The notes under the pieces: generated by a model | Told to the model about the DNA's origin: nothing | Database searches by the model: none | What the model saw: only the letters and a program-made list of their open reading frames with translations | Shown here: positions 1 through 9,446 of the stretch, in pieces | Position numbering within the stretch: the stretch's first letter is position 1 | Layout of the letters: each line of letters starts with the position of its first letter | Position numbers and translations under genes: made by a program | Assembly: GCA_963762055.1 (NCBI GenBank) | Contig: CAVXJF010000013.1 | Span: forward strand, 13,877-77,876 | From: Vicinamibacterales bacterium | GTDB taxonomy: Bacteria; Acidobacteriota; Vicinamibacteria; Vicinamibacterales; JAMQPK01 | Direction of reading: 5' to 3' | Length of the DNA: 64,000 bases

Positions 1-1
1 G

Positions 2-2689
2 AGCCTGCGAACGCTCACCGAGCTCGCCGACAAACTAATCGTCCGCGGCATCCAGACGGTTAACGGCGTCGGCGAAGTCAGTCTGACCGGCGGACGGGCG
101 CGCGAAATCCACGTCGTAGTCGATATCGAGAAGCTCAACTCGTACGGGTTGTCGATGACCCAGGTGCGTGAAGCGCTCGTCGCTGAAAACGTCGAGGTTC
201 CGGGCGGCACGATCGAGCAGGGCAAAGGCCAGCTCCTCCTGCGAACCCTCGGGCGTATGGACGCCTCGGACGATTTCAACAACATCGTCATCGCCACCAA
301 GGACGGCACGCCGATTCGTGTGGCCGACATCGGCCGCGCCGAAGACACGTCTGAACGGCCAACGAGCGCGGTGTGGCTGGGCGACGCGCCGGCGGTGATG
401 ATCGACATCCGCCGCGCGATGGGGGAAAACACCGTTGCCGTCGTCGAAGGCGTCCGGACGGCGCTCGAGCGCGTCGAGCGCACGCTGCCGCCAGGCGTCG
501 ACGTCACCATCACGCGCGACGACTCGCGCTTCATCTACGCGTCGGTCGCCTCGCTCGAAGAGCATTTGATCTTCGGCGCGCTCTTCGCCGCCATCGTCGT
601 CATGTTTTTCATCCGGAACATCCGGGCGGTCATCATCTCGGCGCTCGCCATTCCCGCGTCGATCATCGCCACCTTCACGCTGATGCGCATCATGGGGTTC
701 ACGCTGAACAACATGACGCTGCTCGCCATTACGCTCGCCGTCGGCATCGTCATCGACGACGCCATCGTCGTGCTCGAGAATATCTTCCGCTACATCGAAG
801 AGAAGAAGATGTCGCCGTTCGATGCGGCGATCCAGGGAACTCGCGAGGTGGCGCTGCCGGTCATGGCGACGACGCTCTCGCTCGTGGTCATCTTCCTGCC
901 GATCGCCTTCATGGAAGGCTACGCCAAGCGGTTCATCTCCCCGTTCGGCTGGACCATGGCGTTCGCGATTTTGGTGTCGATGCTCGTCAGCTTCACGATG
1001 ACGCCGATGCTCAGCTCGCGCTTTCTCAAGGCAGCGGACGGCGAAGCCGATCACAAGTCGAAGGAATCGGGCTTCTTTCATTGGCTCGAGCAGCGCTACA
1101 TGGGCATGCTGAACTGGGCGCTCGATCGTCCGGGCACGATCTTCGCCATCTCGGCCATCACCGTGCTCATGGCCATCCCGCTGAACTCGATGGTGGGCCG
1201 TGAGTTCGTGCCGAACGAAGACATGGGCGAATGGATCGTGCACCTCGACGCGCCAGAAGGCACGTCACTCGAGGGATCGACCGAAGTCGCGTTCAAGCTG
1301 CTGAAAGCGGTGAGTGGGATCGAAGGCGTGGCAGCCATCCAGCCGTCAATCGGCGGGGCCGGCGGCTCCGGTGCGTCTACACATATCCATATGGTTTGCC
1401 AGGCGCTGCCTATCAGCGACCGGAAGAACACCCAGGCCGAAATCATCACCGAGATGCGGCGCCGGCTGGCGGCGTTTCCGGGCTACCGGCCGAGCATCAC
1501 GTCTCGCAACGCGCTTGGCAGCGGCGAAGGCCAGGGCGGTTTCGCGATTTCCGCCAACATCCTCGGGCCCGATCTCGGACAGATTGCCGAATATTCGACG
1601 CGCGCGCTCGCCGAAGCCCAGAAGATGCCGAGCCTGACCGACGTGAAGATCAATCTCAGCCTGTCGAATCCCGAGGTGCACGTAGCCGTGGATCGCAAGC
1701 GCGCCGCTGACCTCGGCGTCCGGATGGCCACGGTCGGCAACACGCTGAGGCTCGCGGTGTCGGGCGACGATCAAATTTCGTTCTACAAGGAGGCAGCCGA
1801 GCAGTATCCCGTCAAGATGCGGGTGCGCGAGGAACAGCGGCGCGACATCGAAGAAATCGGGCGCCTGACGGTGCCCTCGGTGTCTGGCCCGGTGCGCATC
1901 GACAACATCGCCACACTCCGGCGGGGGCTCGGGCCGACGACGCTGGCGCGGTCGAACCGCCAGTTCACCGTCACGCTCATCGCCGACGTCGCGCAGGGCC
2001 ACGCCCTCGACGCCGCGGCGACCGACGTGCGGAGGATGCTCGCGGGGCTCAAGATGCCGCCCACGATGTCGTATAGGCTGCAGGGACAGTCGCGAATTCT
2101 CGACGAGACGACCACGAACCTGATCATGGCGATCGGGCTCGCGATGATCTTCGTCTACATGGTGCTCGCTTCGCAGTTCGAGAGTTTCCTTCAGCCGATC
2201 GTCATCATGATGGCGCTGCCGATTGCGGTGCCCTTCGCGCTCTTCACGCTGTGGGCCACCGGCCGCACGTTGAACCTGTGGAGTGCGCTCGGCATGCTGC
2301 TGCTCCTCGGCATCGTCAAGAAGAACTCGATCCTGCAGGTCGATTACGCCAATGTTCTACGCGCGCGCGGGCTGCCGCGTCGCGAAGCGATCGTCGAATC
2401 GTGCCGCACGCGGCTGCGGCCGATTTTGATGACGACGGCCGCGATCATCGCGGGGCTCATTCCGACTTCGCTGGGCATCGGCATCGGCGGCACTGGCCGC
2501 GCCGCCATCGCGGTGACGATCATCGGCGGGCAGTCGCTGTGCCTGCTTCTCACGCTGCTGCTCGTGCCTGTCGCTTATGTGAAGTTCGACGAGTTCGAAC
2601 GGGCGTTTGTCAGCGAAGGCGCCAAGGCGTGGCTCGGCCGCGTGTCGACGGCGACGATCGGCCGTTTCCGGCCGGCAACGAACGAATAA
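2..2689 (+). CDS. RND-family efflux transporter permease (AcrB/HAE1-like), 5' end outside the window
   Basis: ORF 149..2689 stays open in the same frame back to nt 2 (SLRTLTELADKLIVRGIQTVNGVGEVSLTGG...). It has AcrB-like periplasmic and TM blocks (VLENIFRYIEEKKMSP, LGIVKKNSILQVDYANVLRARG). Confidence 0.9.
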   Translation, partial: SLRTLTELADKLIVRGIQTVNGVGEVSLTGGRAREIHVVVDIEKLNSYGLSMTQVREALVAENVEVPGGTIEQGKGQLLLRTLGRMDASDDFNNIVIATKDGTPIRVADIGRAEDTSERPTSAVWLGDAPAVMIDIRRAMGENTVAVVEGVRTALERVERTLPPGVDVTITRDDSRFIYASVASLEEHLIFGALFAAIVVMFFIRNIRAVIISALAIPASIIATFTLMRIMGFTLNNMTLLAITLAVGIVIDDAIVVLENIFRYIEEKKMSPFDAAIQGTREVALPVMATTLSLVVIFLPIAFMEGYAKRFISPFGWTMAFAILVSMLVSFTMTPMLSSRFLKAADGEADHKSKESGFFHWLEQRYMGMLNWALDRPGTIFAISAITVLMAIPLNSMVGREFVPNEDMGEWIVHLDAPEGTSLEGSTEVAFKLLKAVSGIEGVAAIQPSIGGAGGSGASTHIHMVCQALPISDRKNTQAEIITEMRRRLAAFPGYRPSITSRNALGSGEGQGGFAISANILGPDLGQIAEYSTRALAEAQKMPSLTDVKINLSLSNPEVHVAVDRKRAADLGVRMATVGNTLRLAVSGDDQISFYKEAAEQYPVKMRVREEQRRDIEEIGRLTVPSVSGPVRIDNIATLRRGLGPTTLARSNRQFTVTLIADVAQGHALDAAATDVRRMLAGLKMPPTMSYRLQGQSRILDETTTNLIMAIGLAMIFVYMVLASQFESFLQPIVIMMALPIAVPFALFTLWATGRTLNLWSALGMLLLLGIVKKNSILQVDYANVLRARGLPRREAIVESCRTRLRPILMTTAAIIAGLIPTSLGIGIGGTGRAAIAVTIIGGQSLCLLLTLLLVPVAYVKFDEFERAFVSEGAKAWLGRVSTATIGRFRPATNE

Positions 2690-2695
2690 CGCGCG

Positions 2696-2735
2696 CAGGG
2701 GCTCCCTTTGCCCGGAGCCTCTGCGGTTTGTTCTC
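2696..2735 (+). terminator. Putative intrinsic terminator between the convergent RND gene and a small minus-strand gene
   Basis: 10-bp stem with one mismatch (CAGGGGCTCC / GGAGCCTCTG) and an 8-nt loop, followed by T-rich cggtttgttctctctt. It starts 7 nt after the TAA at 2687-2689. Confidence 0.5.
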
Positions 2736-2737
2736 TC

Positions 2738-2896
2738 TTACCTGCGCTTCCGTGTGCCTTTTTTACGCTTGACGCGCTCGGGCAGCTTCTTCCTGCCGGT
2801 TTCGCGGTTCCATTCTTCGAACGTCTCGGGTGAGATCTCTCCCTTCACCAATAACTCGGCGAATTTACGCCGCTGTGCCTGGCTCTTGAACGGCAT
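2738..2896 (-). CDS. Small basic conserved hypothetical protein (52 aa, MPFKSQAQRRKF...)
   Basis: Internal ATG at 2896 of ORF 2738..3025, preceded by GGAG. The MPxKSxAQ N-terminus resembles small DUF3008-type proteins (from memory, not checked). Confidence 0.5.
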   Translation of the reverse strand: MPFKSQAQRRKFAELLVKGEISPETFEEWNRETGRKKLPERVKRKKGTRKRR

Positions 2897-2918
2897 GGTC
2901 GTCTCCGAAACATAGGGG

Positions 2919-3464
2919 CTATTCGTTCGGGCGGCGGATCTCCGCCAGTTCCTCTTCCGAGAAATCGTATTTCGAGAGAATCGAAAGAACGAAGTCGGTC
3001 TTCCCGTTTGTGTATCGTTCGGCATCCGCCGAGGTCGTGGCGAGCGTTTCCTTCAAGGCGGCGTATGCCGCGAGATCGGCGGGAAACCGGCGCAGATGAT
3101 CGCGAAACGTGAGATGGTTGCGCAGCGCAACGCTGCCGCGCCGGCATACATAGACGTGATGCGGAGGCGAATCAGGTGGCGCGTTGAACACCTCTCTGTT
3201 CTCAATACCCAGATTGCCTTGATGCACGTAACCGAGCCTGGCGAGCCGCCCAATAATAGTGATCACCTTCGCATATTGTGGAATGACCACGTCGATATCG
3301 ATGATCGGCTTCGCCGCCAGGCCGGGCACCGCCGTGCTTCCAATGTGTTCGATAGCGCTCGCCACGTCACCCAGGCATGGCGAAAGCCGAGCGCGCAGTT
3401 CGGTAAACTGCCTCGGCCAATCCGGGTTATACGGGCTGATGTCGATCATCGCCGCGTTTTTCAT
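2919..3464 (-). CDS. GrpB-family protein (nucleotidyltransferase-fold, UPF0157)
   Basis: IDISPYNPDWPRQF...IEHIGSTAVPGLAAKPIIDIDVV...HHVYVC...LTFRDHLR is the typical GrpB signature. The start is taken at MKNAAM (3464); the upstream part of the ORF is Arg-rich junk. Confidence 0.8.
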   Translation of the reverse strand: MKNAAMIDISPYNPDWPRQFTELRARLSPCLGDVASAIEHIGSTAVPGLAAKPIIDIDVVIPQYAKVITIIGRLARLGYVHQGNLGIENREVFNAPPDSPPHHVYVCRRGSVALRNHLTFRDHLRRFPADLAAYAALKETLATTSADAERYTNGKTDFVLSILSKYDFSEEELAEIRRPNE

Positions 3465-3567
3465 TGAAGAGAGCGATAGCCTGCCCGGCCAGGGAGCCGA
3501 CGACCTGAGTCTCGAAACCCGCCGATAGGTTGCTGATATAGCTCTTCCCTCTTGCCAGGAGGCCAGC

Positions 3568-5082
3568 ATGAACCTCACACGGCGCCTCTTCCTCACGCGC
3601 ATCGCCGCCGCAGGCGGTGCGTCGGCCGCCTTCGAGGCGATGACGGGTCTCGGATTGCTGGCTTACCCGACACAGGCACCTTTCAATTTGACAGGTCGCG
3701 CGCCGGGAGTACGGGTACTGGTCCTCGGCGCGGGACTCGCCGGGCTGACCGTCGCATACGAACTAGGCAAGGCCGGCTACGCGTGCCGCGTGCTCGAAGC
3801 TCGTCCCCGGCCGGGCGGCCGCGTGTTCACGGTAAGACGAGGCACCGTCAGCGAAGAAGACGGCTCGCAACAGACGGCCGCGTTCGACGAAGGGCTGTAC
3901 TTCAATGCGGGCCCGATGCGCATCTCGCATCACCACCACACAACCCTCGCCTATTGCCGCGAATTGAACGTGCCCGTCGAAGTTTTCGTGGCGGACTCCG
4001 AAAGTGCGTATCTCTACCAAACCCGCTCGTCCACGCTCAATGGCCAGCGAATTCGTTTGCGCGAGGCACGGGCGGACTTCGACGGTTACATCGCGGAACT
4101 GCTGAGCAAGGCGCTGGCGCAGACGCAGCTCGATCAACCGCTGACCAACGACGACCGTGAGAGGCTGCTCGCGTATCTCCGAAGACTGGGTGCGCTCGAT
4201 CAGCAGAGACAGTACAGGGGGTCGCCGCGCCGCAGCGGATACGAATCGCGGACAGACCCGTTGGCATTGCGTGACTTGCTCGGCGCCAATTTTGATTTCT
4301 ACCTGGGCATCGATTGGGATTCTCAACCCGCCATGATGCAGGTCGCGGGCGGAATGGACCGCTTGCCGGCGGCGCTCGCCTCGCGGCTTGGCAACCGGAT
4401 CGTGTATCGCGCAGCGGTGCGGGAAATCCGCCAGAGCGAGCGCGGCGTGTGGGCCGTTTATGCCGACGAAGATGGGAAACTCCGGCGCGTCGATGCGGAC
4501 TATTGTGTCTGCACGATTCCGCTACCCGTACTCGTCGGCGTCGAGAAGGATCTCTCACAGCCTGTTCAGGCCGCCATTTCCGCCTCCAGTTACGATGGCG
4601 CAGGGAAAATCGGTCTTCAGTTCAAGCGCCGCTTCTGGGAAGAGGACGACGAGATCCACGGCGGCAGGTCGTGGACCGACCAGGAGATCGGGCAGATCAT
4701 TTATCCATCCCACGGCTTCCAGACCCGTAAAGGCGTTCTCGTCGGCTACTACATGGATTTCAAGAGAACCATGCGCGAGCGCACGCCGGCCGAGCGGCAG
4801 CAACTGGCGCTCGAGCAAGGCGCGAGAATTCACCCTCAATACACGAACGAGTTCGAGACAGCGTTTTCCGTATCCTGGCCACGCGTCCAGTGGAATCGCG
4901 GCTCGTGGAGATCTGAAACGCGGGCAGCGCACGAAGCGCTGGCGCTGCTTCGGCAGCCTGACGGACGTATCCACTTCGCCGGCGATTACATGACCGACAT
5001 GAGCTCGTGGATGCAGGGCGCGTTCGAGTCGGCACGCGAGGCGGCGCAAGCGGTGCACAAACGTGCCATTGCACGCGTCTGA
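3568..5082 (+). CDS. Flavin-dependent amine oxidase (monoamine / L-amino-acid oxidase family) with Tat signal
   Basis: Twin-arginine leader MNLTRRLFLTRIAAAGGASAAFEA. FAD dinucleotide fold VLVLGAGLAGLTVAYELGKAGYACRVLEARPRPGGR. C-terminal FAGDY motif. Confidence 0.8.
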   Translation: MNLTRRLFLTRIAAAGGASAAFEAMTGLGLLAYPTQAPFNLTGRAPGVRVLVLGAGLAGLTVAYELGKAGYACRVLEARPRPGGRVFTVRRGTVSEEDGSQQTAAFDEGLYFNAGPMRISHHHHTTLAYCRELNVPVEVFVADSESAYLYQTRSSTLNGQRIRLREARADFDGYIAELLSKALAQTQLDQPLTNDDRERLLAYLRRLGALDQQRQYRGSPRRSGYESRTDPLALRDLLGANFDFYLGIDWDSQPAMMQVAGGMDRLPAALASRLGNRIVYRAAVREIRQSERGVWAVYADEDGKLRRVDADYCVCTIPLPVLVGVEKDLSQPVQAAISASSYDGAGKIGLQFKRRFWEEDDEIHGGRSWTDQEIGQIIYPSHGFQTRKGVLVGYYMDFKRTMRERTPAERQQLALEQGARIHPQYTNEFETAFSVSWPRVQWNRGSWRSETRAAHEALALLRQPDGRIHFAGDYMTDMSSWMQGAFESAREAAQAVHKRAIARV

Positions 5083-5090
5083 AGGTTTGA

Positions 5091-5771
5091 TTGGTGGCTG
5101 GCACGCTCTGGTGGGATTTCGACGGCACACTGGCAAGCCGGCCCAGGATGTGGTCAGAGGCAGCGCTTCGCCTGGCGACGCTCCACTCCCCTGGTCACGA
5201 CGTGTCCGCCAGTCACTTTTTTCGCCAGTTCAAGCGTCAATTCCCATGGCAGCGGGTTACCCACCCCGAGTTGAATACGCCCGAGCTTTGGTGGGAAGCG
5301 GTTCACGCGGCGTATCGACAGGCGTTCGCACGTCTTGGCCTTGACGACCGAGCCGTACCTTTATCTGAGCTTCGCGCCCACATCCTCGACGCGACACGGT
5401 ACCGACTCTTCGACGACGCGGTGCCAGCGCTCGAACAGGCCGCTCAGGATGGCTGGCGTCAGATCATCGTCTCCAATCACGTACCCGAGCTGGCAGCCAT
5501 CGTCGATGCTCTGGGTATCGGCCGGTTTTTCCACAGAGTTATTACTTCAGGGCTGATTGGATACGAGAAGCCTCATGACCGGATCTTCGAAGCAGCCACC
5601 GAGCACTCCGTGCCGGGCGCACCCATCTGGATGATCGGCGACAACCTGGCATGCGACTGCGCTCCTGTGGGTGCGTTCGGCGCCGAGGCCATCCTCGTCC
5701 GTTCGGAATCGCCGGACTTTCGATGCGCGGAGGATCTGAAGCAAGCAGTGAACTTTCTGCAATCTCGGTGA
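5091..5771 (+). CDS. HAD-superfamily hydrolase
   Basis: Motif I WWDFDGTLA at the N-terminus, SNH motif II region and IGDNLACD motif IV. TTG (5091) or GTG (5094) start. Confidence 0.75.
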   Translation: MVAGTLWWDFDGTLASRPRMWSEAALRLATLHSPGHDVSASHFFRQFKRQFPWQRVTHPELNTPELWWEAVHAAYRQAFARLGLDDRAVPLSELRAHILDATRYRLFDDAVPALEQAAQDGWRQIIVSNHVPELAAIVDALGIGRFFHRVITSGLIGYEKPHDRIFEAATEHSVPGAPIWMIGDNLACDCAPVGAFGAEAILVRSESPDFRCAEDLKQAVNFLQSR

Positions 5772-5796
5772 ACTCGTTCCGGAACGAGTGGTTCAC
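5768..5796 (+). terminator. Perfect 18-nt palindrome (ACTCGTTCCGGAACGAGT) right after the HAD stop; possible terminator hairpin
   Basis: Palindrome at 5772-5789 with partly pairing flanks GTGA.../...GGTTCAC. There is no clear T-tract, so function is uncertain. Confidence 0.35.
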
Positions 5797-5867
5797 AGGG
5801 GTGGTGCTAAAGTTCGGGGAGTTCATCGCAACAGGAGAACGAGACGAACGAAAGAACGGCAGCTGGA

Positions 5868-5951
5868 TCAACTGGCTACTAGCTACCGCTGGACGCTGGC
5901 TACTGGCACTAGCCATAGGCTACTGGCTACTGGCTACAGCTACTGGCTAGC
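5868..5951. repeat. GGCTACT-type heptamer tandem array (locus 1 of 4)
   Basis: actggctactagctaccgctggacgctggctactggcactagccataggctactggctactggctacagctactggctagc. It ends 1 nt before the permease stop codon. Confidence 0.85.
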
Positions 5952-5952
5952 T

Positions 5953-8433
5953 TCACTCATACTTCAGCGCTGCCACCGGATCTACCCGAGCGGCACGGCG
6001 CGCTGGAATGCTCGAGGCGATCAGCACGATAGCCAGCAGAACCCCGGCGCCCGCTGCGAACACAACACCATCGAGCGGGGCCACCTCGTAGAGGAGCGAG
6101 CGCACCGTTCGCGTAAGGGCGGCCGCGACCAGCACGCCGGCGACGGCACCCACGCCGCCGAGCGCCAGGCTCCGCACCAACACGGTCCGGAAGAGTCTCG
6201 CAGGTTCCGCCCCGAGAGCCGAACGCAACGCCAGTTCCTGCCGTCGCGCGCGCACGTCGTACGACAACACGCCATATACGCCGACCGCCGCCAGCAGGAG
6301 CGCGACCATCGAAAACGCGACGCTCACACCAAGCGCCGTGCGCTGGCGCGACAACCCTCGCGCCAGCAGGCTGTCCATGGTTTCGCTCCATTCAATCGCC
6401 GCATCCGGCTCGTGGGCGCGGATCGTCTGCGCAATCATCGGCATGATGCGCTCAGGATCTCCAGCCGTTCGGACGATGAGCTTCGGCTGAAAAAAGAAGA
6501 ACTGCTCGCCCGGGAAATACGCGGTCATCCACGGCTTGGTCAACTCGCGGTAACGAGTGTCCCCCACGACGCCAACGACGGTCGTCCAGGGAAACTTTTC
6601 GCCACTGGCCAACTTGAGGCGTTTGCCGATCGCGCTCTGCCCCGGCCAGTACCGATTGGCGACCGCCTGGGTCACGACTGCCACCGGTGCCGCATTGCCA
6701 TCGTCTGCGGCAGAAAATGCGCGCCCCTGCAGGACCGGTATGTCGAGCGTGCGGAAATGCGACGGCAAGATTGGCTCCCACGTCATCCACGGGTTTAGGG
6801 CCGCTTCTGCCGGCGTCTGCCCCTCGAATACCATCGAAGCGCTCAGGCCAACCGTCGCGCTGCCCGGAGACATGTGAACCGTCGAAGCAGCAGCGACCCC
6901 CGATATCGACTCCACGCGCGGGATCAATTCCTTGAAGAACTGCAGCTTCGTGCGCGCGTCCGGATACTCCATGTCCGGCAGGAGCAGCGTGGTGACGATG
7001 AGATTGTGGGGTTGAAAGCCTCTGTCGATTCGCTGCAGATTGATGAACGACCGTAAAAGCAGTCCTGCCCCGATTGCGATGATCACCGCCGCAGCAATCT
7101 CCGCAACCGTGAAAATCCGCAGACTTCCCGTTGCCCGGACAGCGCGAAACGACGACCGGAGCATCGCCGGATCCGGCGCAGCGCGTGAAGCGCTCCAGAT
7201 GGGGGCTGTCCCGAAGATCAGCGCCCACACGGCGGCGATGCCCATGGAAAAGACCAGGACGCGCCAACCGATTTCGGCATCCACCAGGCGCGGAATGTCC
7301 GGCCCCGCCAGCCATTGAGCCGTCCACAACGCAAGAGTCGCGATGCCAGTAGCGAGGGCGACTCCGCCGACTGCGAGCAGCATGCTCTCGACGATCTGTT
7401 GCCGCAGCAGCCGCCTGCGGCTCGCTCCGAGGGCCGTTCGAACAGCCAGCTCCGTTCGACGAGACTCCGACCGCATCAGCAGCAGCGTCGCCACGTTGAC
7501 GCCGGCAATCACAAACACCAGCGCGGCACCGACCGACAGAAATTGCAGAACCTGATCGCTGCTGCCGAGCACCGTGTTCAGCAGCGGCTCAACCGCGGGG
7601 TTGGTCCGGCTCTCATCGTGCGGGTACGTTTCGCCAAAGCGCCGGCACAGAATATCCAGTTCAGCGTCAGCGGCTTGCGGCGTCACGCCGGGGACCAGCC
7701 GGCCGAGCAGCTCGAAGTGGGCGAATTCGTGGCTCTCGATTTGTTGATTGAGCTCGTCGGCACCGGCACCCGCCATGCCGCCGGCGCCGAAAAAGCTCGG
7801 AATCGGCACCCACATGTCGGTGCCCAGCGGATATTCGAAGCCAGCCGGCGCGATGCCGACCACGGTCAGCCTGCGGCCCCCTCCAGCGGCAGCGAGCTGC
7901 CGCCCGACAAATTCCGGTGCACCGCCCGCTGCCTGCCGCCAGAAGCGCTCGCTCACCACCACGACTTGCGCAGCGCCGGGCAATCCGTCGGACCGCTGAA
8001 ACAATCTGCCATGCTGCGGCGTCCCGGCCCTGAGCACATCGAAGAACTCGACCGACACGGGCGTCAACGCCACGGCGGCAGTGCGATCGCCAACCCTAAT
8101 GGCGATCGACAATGTGTCGGCGTAGTTGATAGCGGCGAGCCCTTCGAAACTCTTGGCTTGATCGCGCCACGCGCGGAACTCCGGATACGAGATGAACAGC
8201 CGCTGCTGATCGCCTACACGGTCGCGTTTCCAGATGCGAACGACACGCTCCTGATCCACCACAATCGGGCGCAGCAGTACCGCATCGACGATGGCGAAAA
8301 TCGCGGTGCTGGCACCAATACCAATCGCCAATGTGAGCAGGGCGACGACGGTAAAGGAAGGGCTCTTGCGAAAGCCGCGGAGGGCGAGCCGGACGTCCTG
8401 AGCCAGGCCGGTCATCGTGTGCGTATCTTGCAT
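5953..8433 (-). CDS. ADOP-family duplicated orphan permease (MacB/FtsX-like, two FtsX domains)
   Basis: 826 aa. N-terminus ...LAQDVRLALRGFRKSPSFTVVALLTLAIGIGASTAIF, with two MacB-periplasmic plus FtsX 4-TM halves. No adjacent ATPase. Alternative start at M7 (8415). Confidence 0.85.
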   Translation of the reverse strand: MQDTHTMTGLAQDVRLALRGFRKSPSFTVVALLTLAIGIGASTAIFAIVDAVLLRPIVVDQERVVRIWKRDRVGDQQRLFISYPEFRAWRDQAKSFEGLAAINYADTLSIAIRVGDRTAAVALTPVSVEFFDVLRAGTPQHGRLFQRSDGLPGAAQVVVVSERFWRQAAGGAPEFVGRQLAAAGGGRRLTVVGIAPAGFEYPLGTDMWVPIPSFFGAGGMAGAGADELNQQIESHEFAHFELLGRLVPGVTPQAADAELDILCRRFGETYPHDESRTNPAVEPLLNTVLGSSDQVLQFLSVGAALVFVIAGVNVATLLLMRSESRRTELAVRTALGASRRRLLRQQIVESMLLAVGGVALATGIATLALWTAQWLAGPDIPRLVDAEIGWRVLVFSMGIAAVWALIFGTAPIWSASRAAPDPAMLRSSFRAVRATGSLRIFTVAEIAAAVIIAIGAGLLLRSFINLQRIDRGFQPHNLIVTTLLLPDMEYPDARTKLQFFKELIPRVESISGVAAASTVHMSPGSATVGLSASMVFEGQTPAEAALNPWMTWEPILPSHFRTLDIPVLQGRAFSAADDGNAAPVAVVTQAVANRYWPGQSAIGKRLKLASGEKFPWTTVVGVVGDTRYRELTKPWMTAYFPGEQFFFFQPKLIVRTAGDPERIMPMIAQTIRAHEPDAAIEWSETMDSLLARGLSRQRTALGVSVAFSMVALLLAAVGVYGVLSYDVRARRQELALRSALGAEPARLFRTVLVRSLALGGVGAVAGVLVAAALTRTVRSLLYEVAPLDGVVFAAGAGVLLAIVLIASSIPARRAARVDPVAALKYE

Positions 8434-8440
8434 CCTTTTT

Positions 8441-8483
8441 CCAGCTACAGGCTACCGGCTATAGTTACGGCTACTGGCTAGCC
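8441..8483. repeat. GGCTACT-type heptamer array (locus 2 of 4)
   Basis: ccagctacaggctaccggctatagttacggctactggctagcc, located 8 nt upstream of the permease start codon. Confidence 0.8.
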
Positions 8484-8524
8484 CGATTGCACCCTTTTCG
8501 ACCGTTCCGACGTATTAGGTTCAG

Positions 8525-9097
8525 ATGCTTGCCGCGGCTTCGCCGGTTCCCGTCCCCACCCCGTCCGCGGACGAACTGCTCGACCAGGCTCGGGCCGGCA
8601 GCGAAACGGCCTTTGCGGCCCTCGTGCGGGAGCACCAGGCGATGGTTTTCGGGCTGGCGTACCACTTTCTGCAGAGCTGGAGCCAGGCAGAAGAGCTCGC
8701 GCAGGACGTGTTTCTCGCCCTGCACCAGAACCTGGCGAGGGTCGAGTCGGCAACACACCTGGTGTTCTGGCTGCGGCGCGTCGCCAGCAACCGCTGCATC
8801 GACTGGGTCCGGAGCCCGCGCCATCGGCTCGAGCAGCCGATCGACACGATGCGCGAGCCCGGTGTGATGCCGCGGCTGCGCGACCCGATGCTCGATGCGC
8901 TGTTGCGAAGGCTGGTCGCGGAACTGCCTCCCCAGCCGCGGATCGTCGTCACGCTGCGCTTCCAGGAGGACCTCGATCTGTCGGAAATCGCGACGATACT
9001 CGACATGCCGGTGAACACCGTCAAAAGCCACCTGCGACGCTCGATGGACGCGCTCCGGCGCAAGCTCGTCGAGCAGGGACATTTTTATGAATCTTGA
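8525..9097 (+). CDS. ECF-type RNA polymerase sigma-70 family factor
   Basis: Region 2 (FAALVREHQAMVFGLAYHFL...AEELAQDVFLALHQNL...WLRRVASNRCIDW) and region 4 (RIVVTLRFQEDLDLSEIATILDMPVNTVKSHLRRS). Confidence 0.9.
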   Translation: MLAAASPVPVPTPSADELLDQARAGSETAFAALVREHQAMVFGLAYHFLQSWSQAEELAQDVFLALHQNLARVESATHLVFWLRRVASNRCIDWVRSPRHRLEQPIDTMREPGVMPRLRDPMLDALLRRLVAELPPQPRIVVTLRFQEDLDLSEIATILDMPVNTVKSHLRRSMDALRRKLVEQGHFYES

Positions 9098-9446
9098 ACA
9101 TGACCTTCGTCAGGCGCTGAAGCGCAAGGAGCCGCCGCAGGGCTTCAGCGAGAGAGTGCTGAACAAAATCGGATCGAGCGAGGTCGATGTGCCTCACGCG
9201 CCAACGCGATGGCGCCGCTTCGCGCTTCCGATTGCCGCGTCGCTGATGCTGCTCGCAGGCGGCGGCTACTTTGTGCAGCAGCGCAGTGCGCACCAGGCGC
9301 AGGAACAGCAATCGCAGCAATACCGTCAGACCGCGCAGGCAGCACACGATGTAATGCTCGCACTGCAGATCGCCAGTGAAAAGGTGTCGGCGGTGCAAGC
9401 CAAAGTCCAGGAGATGACCCATCATGAACGTCAGAACGACTATTAG
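9087..9446 (+). CDS. Putative anti-sigma factor (single-pass membrane protein)
   Basis: Overlaps the sigma gene by 11 nt. It has a short cytoplasmic N-terminus, one TM (FALPIAASLMLLAGGGYFV) and a Gln-rich tail. Confidence 0.6.
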   Translation: MNLEHDLRQALKRKEPPQGFSERVLNKIGSSEVDVPHAPTRWRRFALPIAASLMLLAGGGYFVQQRSAHQAQEQQSQQYRQTAQAAHDVMLALQIASEKVSAVQAKVQEMTHHERQNDY

